Virus record (IMG/VR): IMGVR_UViG_3300047499_000113
Span: 1-64,000 of that record
Strand: one strand, 5' to 3'
DNA: 64,000 bases
The notes beneath the pieces were generated by a model, which was not told where the DNA came from, searched no databases, and saw nothing but the letters and a program-made list of their open reading frames with translations. Made by a program: the position numbers and the translations under genes. This document shows positions 18,392 through 26,891 of this stretch, one piece after another. The stretch's first letter is position 1, and every line of letters begins with the position of its first letter.

Positions 18392-18811
18392 CTACCCGCT
18401 GGATGCGACGTCGTGAACAGTGAAGATTCCCTGATAAAAATAGACCGTGAGCGGGTAGACTGCGCTCAAAGGAGACACCTGCACCGAAATGCTTCCCGTG
18501 GAATTTATGACCCTGTGAATCCTGATGCTTCCGTGACCTGAAATGGTCTGGACCACTCCTCCGCCAGAGATGGGTTCCCCACCGAGAGCGAACTGGACGA
18601 GCAACTGTATCGGCTGTTCGACGAACACACTCAGTGCAACATGGGCGAGAAACGTGTTTCCAAGACTAGGCGAAATCCCAATCCCGTTGGTAGTGGCGTT
18701 GGAGAAGTCACCCTGGTTTTCCCATGCGATATTCTGAGGGGTCCCGTTCGTCCAGATGTACGCGGCGTCCGGATCAGTGAGTCGGAACAGGTTGGAAAGC
18801 TCGCCGTACAT
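18392..18811 (-). CDS. C1q/BclA-CTD-like beta-sandwich protein, paralog 3
   Basis: YGELSN...IAWENQGDFS...YFYQGIFTVHD; aligns with the two adjacent upstream genes. Confidence 0.6.
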   Translation of the reverse strand: MYGELSNLFRLTDPDAAYIWTNGTPQNIAWENQGDFSNATTNGIGISPSLGNTFLAHVALSVFVEQPIQLLVQFALGGEPISGGGVVQTISGHGSIRIHRVINSTGSISVQVSPLSAVYPLTVYFYQGIFTVHDVASSG

Positions 18812-18817
18812 GCTGCC

Positions 18818-19243
18818 TCACGTATCGAGGTCTTGGATGGTGAAGGCGCCTTGATAGAAAGACGCCGTGCACGGAAGCGAGGGCAGAGACACCAAGTTCA
18901 CCCCGAGTCTCACGGAATCGCCAGTCCTTAGGGCCACCATCTTTTGCAGGCTCACCACTCGAGACCCGCCGAAAACTGAGCATGTGATCCCAGCGATATT
19001 CCCTCCCGCTGTGGAGAGAAACTGGAAAAAGAGTTGTATCGGCTGGCCCGTGTAAACAGACACGCTGGCCTTGAGCAGAAACTCACCGGCACCGGACACA
19101 ACGAATCCATTGTTCGACACAGTGACACCCGACAGGTCACTGCTTGACGTCCACGGGACTGCTTGTGTCTTGTATCTTGTCCAGGTGAGAGTTACCTCGG
19201 CGGGGTACATCAAGCTGACGTCGTTGTAGAGCTGGCCGTACAT
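18818..19243 (-). CDS. C1q/BclA-CTD-like beta-sandwich protein, paralog 2
   Basis: YGQLYND...VPWTSSSDLS...SFYQGAFTIQD. Confidence 0.6.
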   Translation of the reverse strand: MYGQLYNDVSLMYPAEVTLTWTRYKTQAVPWTSSSDLSGVTVSNNGFVVSGAGEFLLKASVSVYTGQPIQLFFQFLSTAGGNIAGITCSVFGGSRVVSLQKMVALRTGDSVRLGVNLVSLPSLPCTASFYQGAFTIQDLDT

Positions 19244-19680
19244 CAGTTTATTCCTTCGACAGAAAAAGCTCCCTGGAAGAAATAGACTGTAATCGGACTA
19301 GGAATCGGATTCGCAATGTTCACTTGCACAATGGCGGTGTCTTCCCCCGCAAGATAGCCCAGTTGCTGCAAGGAGACAGTCGTGACGCCCGGAAAAGCGT
19401 TTACGGTCACACCTGCAACGGGCAGGACCACACCGTCCGTCTGAAATGAGAACACCAGTTCGACGGGCGTCGGCGAGTAGAAACTAATGCTCGCAGTGAG
19501 CGAATATTCGATCGTGGGACCGATTTGGAGACCGTTCCCATTCCGGTTTATCCCGTTGAACGAGCCGGAATTTCGCCACGGCACGATCTGAACCGCCGGA
19601 AGCGATACCCACGCGAGAGCTGCTCCCGGGTCGGTCATCGACCAGTCGCTGTACAACTCACCGAAAGTTCCGGGGTCCAC
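19243..19680 (-). CDS. C1q/BclA-CTD-like beta-sandwich protein, paralog 1
   Basis: FGELYSD...VPWRNSGSFN...YFFQGAFSVEG. Confidence 0.6.
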   Translation of the reverse strand: MDPGTFGELYSDWSMTDPGAALAWVSLPAVQIVPWRNSGSFNGINRNGNGLQIGPTIEYSLTASISFYSPTPVELVFSFQTDGVVLPVAGVTVNAFPGVTTVSLQQLGYLAGEDTAIVQVNIANPIPSPITVYFFQGAFSVEGIN

Positions 19681-19693
19681 GCCCGGATGAGCG

Positions 19694-19705
19694 ATAGGAG
19701 CGCTA
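19694..19705 (-). promoter_or_regulatory. Candidate late-promoter motif TAG-N7-AT
   Basis: TAGCGCTCCTAT upstream of 19680. Confidence 0.4.
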
Positions 19706-19709
19706 GAGA

Positions 19710-21275
19710 CTAGAAGCCGGTGATCTGATACTGCAGCGTCTCGGACCCGACCGTGTGCGAGTACACGTTAATGTAGCTCTGGAACGGTGAATTCTGGAAC
19801 GCAGCCGCCCAAAGAGTTCCGGCAGCAGTCGATGATTTGACGGCGTTGATTTGTCCGGTGACGCCGGTGTAAATGGTCGAAACTAGCGTGGCCGAGGAGT
19901 TGTATCGAGCCACCCACTGATAGGTCGACAGTCCCGGCCCATTGATCTGCACGAACATCGTGTTGTCGATGGGATCGTAGTCCAACCGGCCCGTGATGAG
20001 AGTCGTCGCATACGGGGCTGGCGAAGTAGGCAGTGTGATGTATGGAGACCCGTCGGCAAAGATCTGAGCGGTTGATCCTCCGAAAGTCTGGTACGGGGAA
20101 TTCGGATTTCCGCCAATAGACCACATGACGTGGCCAAAAATGTAGTCCACCCAATAAGTAGTCGGGTACGTGTTGGCGCTGTTGTATTGAGTGGACGAAA
20201 CCGTGGCTAGGGTTGAGGCATTCACCTCGAATAGCACTTCATAGTCACCAAAGAAGAAGCTGATGTTGTCAGCTGTGCCTCCCCAAAGGTGACCAGTGCT
20301 GGAGTTGTACCCCATATGGCGGAGGTTCCAGTTGAACCCCGTGTACGTGTCGGTATTGGCTGCAACTGGAGTGACTGCAGTCGGAAACGCCGTGATAGCA
20401 GCTGCCGTATTGAACTGCAGGATGTTCGCGCCGGAAGTGGGGTGGATGTTTATGTCGCTGACGCAAGTATAGAGAGAGCCACCCGTGGCGACTGCTGAGT
20501 CCGGAAAAATGACAGCATATTGAACGCCACCATAGAGTGGATTCATGTACCCAACGACATTGAGCGTCGACTTGTCGATGACTAGGATGTACACGGTGCT
20601 ACCCTGGCCAGATGGTAGCGCATACACATAGTTCGCATCGGCTGCGAAGGCTGCCGCTCCGCGATTCGAACCAGTCCAACCGGCGGATACGGGCACGTTG
20701 ATCACCGCATGGGTGGCGCCCGTCGTCCCATCCAAAACTGGAATGACGGCAGTCGTTTGCTCGACATCAGCGACGTACATCAAGTTGTTGACTGAGTCGT
20801 AGTACAAGTCCTGGATGAATTTGAACGGCGTAAGTGGGAATGGCGTCGGTTGAACAGCCTTTGTGATGAAAACGTCTGCGGTGACGTTCACGACAGCCTG
20901 AGTGCTGCCGGTGTTGAACACCATCTGCAGGCGGTCAGGACTGGATGCTGCAGTCACTGTGAAGGTCCAGGAGGACGCGGAAGAACTTCCGAACTGATCA
21001 ACAGTATCCGAGGCACTAACTACCGTGACGCCGGCGATTCGACTTACCGCGAACCTCTGGACGAAGGACTGAGAGGCTGTCGAAGTGAGGATGTAACCGT
21101 TTGCGCTCACGCGGATTTCAATGGTTCCGCTGTAGCCACTCGGCAGGACAAAGTACGTGTTGATCGGCCCGACAGCACCAGAGGGACCGGCGTTGACCAG
21201 TGCAATAGACTCTCCGACCGCGTTGCCGGGTGTGGACCCGGTGAGAGTGACGTCGGGGAGAGGCTGGAAAGTCAT
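19710..21275 (-). CDS. Putative receptor-binding protein: shared N-terminal adaptor plus beta-propeller
   Basis: N-terminus PLPDVTLTGSTPG...SFVQRF...SSWT...SPDR...TGST shared with 21278..22735 and 22738..23790; propeller blades DLYYDSVNNLMYVAD etc. Confidence 0.65.
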   Translation of the reverse strand: MTFQPLPDVTLTGSTPGNAVGESIALVNAGPSGAVGPINTYFVLPSGYSGTIEIRVSANGYILTSTASQSFVQRFAVSRIAGVTVVSASDTVDQFGSSSASSWTFTVTAASSPDRLQMVFNTGSTQAVVNVTADVFITKAVQPTPFPLTPFKFIQDLYYDSVNNLMYVADVEQTTAVIPVLDGTTGATHAVINVPVSAGWTGSNRGAAAFAADANYVYALPSGQGSTVYILVIDKSTLNVVGYMNPLYGGVQYAVIFPDSAVATGGSLYTCVSDINIHPTSGANILQFNTAAAITAFPTAVTPVAANTDTYTGFNWNLRHMGYNSSTGHLWGGTADNISFFFGDYEVLFEVNASTLATVSSTQYNSANTYPTTYWVDYIFGHVMWSIGGNPNSPYQTFGGSTAQIFADGSPYITLPTSPAPYATTLITGRLDYDPIDNTMFVQINGPGLSTYQWVARYNSSATLVSTIYTGVTGQINAVKSSTAAGTLWAAAFQNSPFQSYINVYSHTVGSETLQYQITGF

Positions 21276-22710
21276 GGTCAGTATTGGGTGATGGTTGCCA
21301 GGAAGGATTCTGTCCCTATGCCTGTTGAATAGATATCGATGTGTCCTTTGGCGGGCGAAAAGTCGTACTGCCCGACCCAGAGCCCCAGGGGCTCAGCCGC
21401 AGCGACGTAAGCGCGGCCGTTCACGCCTGCATTACCGAAGATGGAGGCTTGCGTGTTGGAGCTTGCAGCAATGCGCCAGATGTTCTGAGCACCGTAGCTG
21501 TTACCATTGAGCATGGCTGCAAGCACGGTGTCATGGTATGGGTCGTACGAGATCGCCGTTGGTGCGGGAAGACCGGAGGCAGGTGCAGGAGCACTCGCGC
21601 TCAAGAAGATGAAAGTTGATAGGTCACGAAGCACCGAGCCTGGCGTGCTGTCGAAGTTGTAGTTCGGAGCGTTGAAATTACCGTGACCGATGCAGAACCA
21701 AACCGACGAGTCCGCGAAACAGCCGTGGTAGGTGAACACGCCTTCGGTTGTCGGATTGGTGTCGATCGAGTACGTGGTGACGGAGCTTTCAGACAGAGCA
21801 CTTGTGAGCTGCACCAAAACAGCCTGTGACGACGAGACGTAACATCCTGCCCACAGAAGGCTGTCGTTCGGGTCCCAAACAATCCCGCGGAAATCGCGGC
21901 TCACAGTCGTATTGGCATCCGGCGACGCGGGTGTCGGGTATGACGAGATGACCGACGAGATGGTAAACCGGTAGATGATGTTCCCGGACAACGAGATCGC
22001 GTACAAGTGCGTTCCGTCCGAAGCCAGGTCGTAACCACCGAACCCCGTGGAAAGGTTGGCGATGCCGATGATGGAGCAGTGCACAGGGTCGATGATGAGA
22101 ATGTGCTTCTGGAACCAATTGCTAGCGTAGATGTACGTGCCGTCACCAATGATCCGTGTGGCACCGGTCGTCCAGCTGGCACTGGTGGCGTTGACAACCG
22201 CTTTCGGGCTGCGAGTCGCGGCCTGGAAAACCGGGATATCTGGATTCGAGAGATTCGGGTCTCCAATCCACATATTGTCGTTGGTGGAATCGTAGAACAG
22301 ATCCCAAACCTGAACGAACGAGCGGACCGGCGGAGCAGTCCCAGGCTTGATGGACCTCGTGACCTGTATGTCGGCTCGCACGGATGTGTAAGCCTGGGTA
22401 CTGCCGGTCGTGAATGTGAGGGCGAATCTGTCCGGACTCGAGCCCACTGAAGCGGTCACCGTCCACGACGAGGCACCTGCATCGCCAAGCTGATCCAGCG
22501 TATTGGACGCGACGATTGTCGTCACACCTGAATCTCGGCGGACACAAAACCTACGAATGAAAGACTGGGAAACAAACGCTCCCGAGATGATGCCGCTGGC
22601 AGCTACCCGAACTTGGAGTGTGAAGCTCTCGTTGTCGGTTAGGGTGAAGTGAGGCAGCAACTCCACAGACTCGCCCGTCGCGAATCCAGGTGTGGACCCG
22701 GTGAGAGTGA
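21229..22710. repeat. 22-bp identical repeat in the 5' ends of two RBP paralogs
   Basis: GGTGTGGACCCGGTGAGAGTGA at 21229-21250 and 22689-22710. Confidence 0.85.
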
Positions 22711-22735
22711 TGTCGGGAAGCGGTAGAAAGCTCAT
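21278..22735 (-). CDS. Putative receptor-binding protein: shared N-terminal adaptor plus beta-propeller
   Basis: Same adaptor; DLFYDSTNDNMWIGD, DLASDGTHLYA, GIVWDPNDSLLWAG blades. Confidence 0.65.
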   Translation of the reverse strand: MSFLPLPDITLTGSTPGFATGESVELLPHFTLTDNESFTLQVRVAASGIISGAFVSQSFIRRFCVRRDSGVTTIVASNTLDQLGDAGASSWTVTASVGSSPDRFALTFTTGSTQAYTSVRADIQVTRSIKPGTAPPVRSFVQVWDLFYDSTNDNMWIGDPNLSNPDIPVFQAATRSPKAVVNATSASWTTGATRIIGDGTYIYASNWFQKHILIIDPVHCSIIGIANLSTGFGGYDLASDGTHLYAISLSGNIIYRFTISSVISSYPTPASPDANTTVSRDFRGIVWDPNDSLLWAGCYVSSSQAVLVQLTSALSESSVTTYSIDTNPTTEGVFTYHGCFADSSVWFCIGHGNFNAPNYNFDSTPGSVLRDLSTFIFLSASAPAPASGLPAPTAISYDPYHDTVLAAMLNGNSYGAQNIWRIAASSNTQASIFGNAGVNGRAYVAAAEPLGLWVGQYDFSPAKGHIDIYSTGIGTESFLATITQY

Positions 22736-22737
22736 GA

Positions 22738-23790
22738 TTAGAACAACGCAATCTTGTAACGGGCGCTCGCGTAATTCATGTATTGCGCGATTTCAGCTGC
22801 ATTGATGACACGAGGCCACAGGATTTGCTCGGCGACATAAGACTGGTTGCTGCCAAGATTTTGATCGAGACTTGATGTGATGGTGGTTGGGGTCGTACCA
22901 CTCCCCGTCGCTCGAACAGCTGTCCCGTTCACGTAGAGACTGACCGCACCACCCGAGGTGAATGTGCCAATGATGATACCCGGCACAGCTCCGAGGGTCA
23001 CTCCAGTATACTCGACGACGCTACCTTCGTAGATGTATGGGTAGCAAGGAGACGACGAAACGCCTGTGCTTGGACCTGTGGTCTGCCAGACGAAGGTCCC
23101 TCCCGCCAGTCCGCCCCTATAAACCGAGGCAATCGTCCAGCCAACGGCTGAATTCAGGGAGAGCGCACCTGAGAACAGCTCTCCGAGAACGGCGGCCGGG
23201 GATCCGATTGAAGCTTGATGGTTGAATGTTGAATCGGACGCGTTCCATAGCGGCTGTTGCGAAGGCGTCGACTGTGACAGGTCTGTGTGGAAACTGGTCT
23301 GATCGGCCCAAAACGACACGTTGCCGGCGTTCAGAGTCACACCAAGATCGGCTCTGTGAGCTTCGATGGGGCCGACCGGGATCGAGAGCAGGAAGTTGTT
23401 CGGTTCGACGGTGACCCGAATGTCGGCCGTGACGTTGACGATGGACCTCGTGCTTCCAGTCGTAAACGTGAGTTTGAATCTGTCAGGGCTCGTCCCAACA
23501 GTCGCAGCCAACGTCCATGAGGAACCACCGGAATCTCCGAAAGCATCCTGGGAATCGCTGGCGACAATAGTAATCACCCCCAAGCTGCGTCTCACGGAGA
23601 ACCTCTGCACGAAGGATCGGATCGTCCTCGTGGCAGGATAGACATAGCCTGCAGCCACCACGCGCACTTCGAACGTCAAGCTATGATTGTCAGCGGGCGT
23701 GAAGTGCGGCAAAAGTTCGACAGATTCGCCCGTGACAGAACCCGGAGTGCTGCCCTTGAGAGAAATGTCGGGTAGCGGCAGGTAGCTCAT
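22738..23790 (-). CDS. Putative receptor-binding protein: shared N-terminal adaptor plus LamG/concanavalin-like domain
   Basis: Likely start ATG 23790 (MSYLPLPD); VSFWADQ...LSQSTPSQQP, SLYVNG, VAEQILWPRVINAAEIAQYMNY pattern typical of phage LamG-like lectin domains. Confidence 0.65.
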   Translation of the reverse strand: MSYLPLPDISLKGSTPGSVTGESVELLPHFTPADNHSLTFEVRVVAAGYVYPATRTIRSFVQRFSVRRSLGVITIVASDSQDAFGDSGGSSWTLAATVGTSPDRFKLTFTTGSTRSIVNVTADIRVTVEPNNFLLSIPVGPIEAHRADLGVTLNAGNVSFWADQTSFHTDLSQSTPSQQPLWNASDSTFNHQASIGSPAAVLGELFSGALSLNSAVGWTIASVYRGGLAGGTFVWQTTGPSTGVSSSPCYPYIYEGSVVEYTGVTLGAVPGIIIGTFTSGGAVSLYVNGTAVRATGSGTTPTTITSSLDQNLGSNQSYVAEQILWPRVINAAEIAQYMNYASARYKIALF

Positions 23791-24728
23791 CAGACGATCT
23801 TGTAGTGACTGCCCGTCCATTGCCAGTCGATAGACTGGCTGTTCACGGAGATTTGGACTGACGTCGCGAAATTCCCTTGATTGTTCGGATCCTCGATGGG
23901 ACGGCTGGCTTGACTCTGGACCGTGATCGGATAGGTCGCAGCGAATCCTGTGTCATCAGTCACTCGGAAGAGCTGCTGGGTTGTGGGCAGGGTGAGGTCC
24001 GGAGCGTTGACTGTCGTGGTAGCCACGCTCGTGTCTACGATGGCCTGCAAGTGAGAGGAGTCGAGAGTGCCGGTCGATGGGTTGGCGTTCCCAACATTGA
24101 TGAAGCCGACCGGAACACCGATAACAGTTCCTCCTCCACCAGAGGCATTGGAAGAGATGACCTTCCACTGGTCATAAGATTCCACGAACTCCCACGTAAC
24201 GACTTGCGAATTCGTGTGGATGGTAACGCTGGACGAATAGGTTCCAGGACTGTTCGGGTCCTCGATCTGGAATCCGTTGCCGTAGACCGTGATGTTGTTG
24301 GTTGCAGCGTTATTGTTTGCGTCAGCAACCGTGCAAACCCAGTCGATGGTCCCGTAAGTCGTCGCATCTATCAGGTTGACTGTCACCGGTCCTGACAGAG
24401 TGTCCACCATCGCTGTCAGCGACGTTGGCGTCAGCGTGATGGTGCTGGAGCTGAGAGTCTGACCTGCTTGACGGCCTCCATTCGAGAATCCGAGAGGCCG
24501 GTTCATATAGCGAATGCTATTGAAATTCCTGTCTTCCCATGCGCCAGTGTAGAGGGCAATGGTGTTGATACCGAGGCCCGACTGGTAAATCGGGACAACG
24601 ACAGTTCCGGAACTGTCAACTGCTATTCCTCGAGGAGATGCACCCAATCCCGGAGACTGTGTAGTAAACAGAATCTCCCCCGTCTCGGGATGTATGCGAT
24701 AGACTGTCGAGGGGCTTGCGGCAGGCAT
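23790..24728 (-). CDS. Fibre protein with two T4 gp34-like beta repeats; probably the C-terminal part of 24732..26891
   Basis: Two copies of VDT-x4-5-TVN...D...AAT.xITV...IEDPN...NSQ...W; in frame with the upstream ORF, separated only by TAA-ACC. Confidence 0.6.
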   Translation of the reverse strand: MPAASPSTVYRIHPETGEILFTTQSPGLGASPRGIAVDSSGTVVVPIYQSGLGINTIALYTGAWEDRNFNSIRYMNRPLGFSNGGRQAGQTLSSSTITLTPTSLTAMVDTLSGPVTVNLIDATTYGTIDWVCTVADANNNAATNNITVYGNGFQIEDPNSPGTYSSSVTIHTNSQVVTWEFVESYDQWKVISSNASGGGGTVIGVPVGFINVGNANPSTGTLDSSHLQAIVDTSVATTTVNAPDLTLPTTQQLFRVTDDTGFAATYPITVQSQASRPIEDPNNQGNFATSVQISVNSQSIDWQWTGSHYKIV

Positions 24729-24731
24729 GGT

Positions 24732-26891
24732 TTATGGATTCCCGATAGATGCGTAAATGGAAACCCCGTCCCACACCAATCGACCGCCGAACGGTGCAGG
24801 AATCGTCACTGACGAGATCTCAGATCCGATCTGAGTCTCCGTACCCACTCCTGTCGTGTAGCGGAATAGACCTCGAGTCGGGAAATCAGCGACGGTAACC
24901 CAAATGGCTGTGGGAGTTATGACCGCGGAACTGTTTCCACCAATAGGTGGAACCCACGTCGACACTTCAAGATTAGTCGATGTGCTAACGCGACTGACGC
25001 TCTCGCTCTCATCACCAACCAGAATAGTGCCGAACGTGGCATCGTAGCTCAAGGCGCTTGATGTGCTTGTAGAAGTGACGATGTTCGTGAATGCACCGCC
25101 AGCGGGGAACGCGGTCGGATCGACTCGGAAAAGATTCCCCGAGTACCCGCTAAAGACGGAGCCCGTGGACGCCCAGATAGACCCGGCCGCCGCAAGAACG
25201 AACTGGATGCACGGGTAGGCACTTCCTGTTCCCGGGAAATCGAAGTGAGAAATTTCGACCAGAGTGCTCGTGTTTAGCTTCACGAGTGACTCGGTGACTC
25301 CAGTTTCGTTTTGAGTACCTGCGAAAACGGTCCCCGTCACTGGGTCATAGGCACAAGCGTGGTATCCACGCTGTACGGGCGAAGTGACCGATGGTCCGAT
25401 AGCCGACGGATATGAGGACAACGCCGTGGCAATGGAATACTTCTGGATGTTGCTGCTTGTGAGGCTCGAGTAGTTACTCGCAACGATGTAGATGTTGCCA
25501 GCCCCGTCGAGGGTTTGGTCCTGCACGGTAAGACCGGCACCGGCATCCAGCATCCCAACGATAGCACCTGTCGTCTTGTTGACGATGATCAGGTACCTAT
25601 CGAATCCGAACCCGTTAGAGATGTAGACGTAGTTGGAGTCACCGATGACTCGACTGGCGCCGTTTCCAATGGCAGTAAGATCAACCGCTAGGTCTCCAGC
25701 TTGAGTAGCTGCCTTTATCGAGACGGCCGTGCCGAGCTTCTGGTCGGCCACCCACACATTGTCGTTGGGAGCGTCGTAGAACAGATCTCTGGGGCTAGAG
25801 AAACTGACTGTATCGCCAGACGCCGGCAGTGGAATCACTGGACCAGCGTTTCCAGACGTCAGGTCCCACGCGTAGATCGTCGGAATACCAGAATTGCTCG
25901 CAAGAATACGAGCAAACCGTCCATCCGAGATCATATCCAGGGCCGTCACACCGGTCGCGATTGTACTCACTTGAGTAAGCGAGTAGGTAGAGAAATTGAT
26001 AGAGAATTTGACTAGACTTTGGCTAGTGTTATATGCGACCCAAAGGAATCCGGCGTCATCGAGAAACATCGCGTTTGGCGCGTCGCCTGTTGTAAACGCA
26101 TCGTGAATGGTGCCAACAGAATCCACGATGTAGATGTGCCCGTTGGTCGCGCTGAAAGCGAATTGCGGGGTGGTGCTTAGAACTGGGTCACCACCACCGC
26201 CTCCAATGAAGCACGCACGCACGGGTGCTGACGTCGTCGCAGTGTGGTAACTCTGGACGTAATACATGTTCGGGGGCGTGCCATTGATTGTTCCGCATTC
26301 TACGAACAACCCGTCGGGAAAAGCCCCGAAAATGTTATCCTGAGGAGACGGGAACACCGTTCCCGTCTGGCCACGAATGCCGATCAAGTCGACCGGCGTG
26401 TCCCCATAATTGGTCAGCGAGCCACTCATCACTGATTGCGGAACGAACAGGTCGATACCAACGAGAGCACCCGGTGTTTTGGAATATCCAACATAGAAAA
26501 ACTTGTCACCGATGAAACATGTGGCGATTCCAGCCACCTGAGTTAGATAGTCGGTGAGTACGCTGATCCCGAGGTTGGCTGGAAAAATGTAGCCGGGGGA
26601 TATTGGCGTATTGGAAGCGAGCAAATCGTTCCTTCGCAGGAATGGCTGCTTCCTTGTGCGCAGAGTAGTCGCGTTATCCGTGAACCCACCGCCGCCTGTG
26701 ATGTTGATCGTAGCCACACCGCTGCCGGCGTCCGCCGCGGTCACACTCCCAGTGAGATTGAGGATGGTATGCGGGTTATTCGGGATGGGAGTGCCAGCCT
26801 GCTCGATGCTGACACCCGGAGTCCCACCACCAGCTCCCGATTCAACGGGAACGACGGGCTCTGGAGTAAGCTGTACGAACGGCCTGGGCAT
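24732..26891 (-). CDS. Beta-propeller tail/receptor-binding protein
   Basis: Contains a propeller paralogous to 19710..21275 and 21278..22735 (DLFYDAPNDNVWVAD...RYTTGVGTET) plus additional blades. Confidence 0.65.
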   Translation of the reverse strand: MPRPFVQLTPEPVVPVESGAGGGTPGVSIEQAGTPIPNNPHTILNLTGSVTAADAGSGVATINITGGGGFTDNATTLRTRKQPFLRRNDLLASNTPISPGYIFPANLGISVLTDYLTQVAGIATCFIGDKFFYVGYSKTPGALVGIDLFVPQSVMSGSLTNYGDTPVDLIGIRGQTGTVFPSPQDNIFGAFPDGLFVECGTINGTPPNMYYVQSYHTATTSAPVRACFIGGGGGDPVLSTTPQFAFSATNGHIYIVDSVGTIHDAFTTGDAPNAMFLDDAGFLWVAYNTSQSLVKFSINFSTYSLTQVSTIATGVTALDMISDGRFARILASNSGIPTIYAWDLTSGNAGPVIPLPASGDTVSFSSPRDLFYDAPNDNVWVADQKLGTAVSIKAATQAGDLAVDLTAIGNGASRVIGDSNYVYISNGFGFDRYLIIVNKTTGAIVGMLDAGAGLTVQDQTLDGAGNIYIVASNYSSLTSSNIQKYSIATALSSYPSAIGPSVTSPVQRGYHACAYDPVTGTVFAGTQNETGVTESLVKLNTSTLVEISHFDFPGTGSAYPCIQFVLAAAGSIWASTGSVFSGYSGNLFRVDPTAFPAGGAFTNIVTSTSTSSALSYDATFGTILVGDESESVSRVSTSTNLEVSTWVPPIGGNSSAVITPTAIWVTVADFPTRGLFRYTTGVGTETQIGSEISSVTIPAPFGGRLVWDGVSIYASIGNP

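Noticed and set aside
24732-24734. Genome-wide stop-codon reassignment
   Set aside because: TAA, TAG and TGA all end genes at tight junctions and long ORFs are intact in code 11; this stop is an isolated case.
18392-26891. Diversity-generating retroelement or invertase shufflon acting on the RBP cassette
   Set aside because: No reverse transcriptase or recombinase in the window, all genes are complete and co-oriented, and I saw no adenine-specific TR/VR pair. A dot-plot would be needed to exclude it fully.
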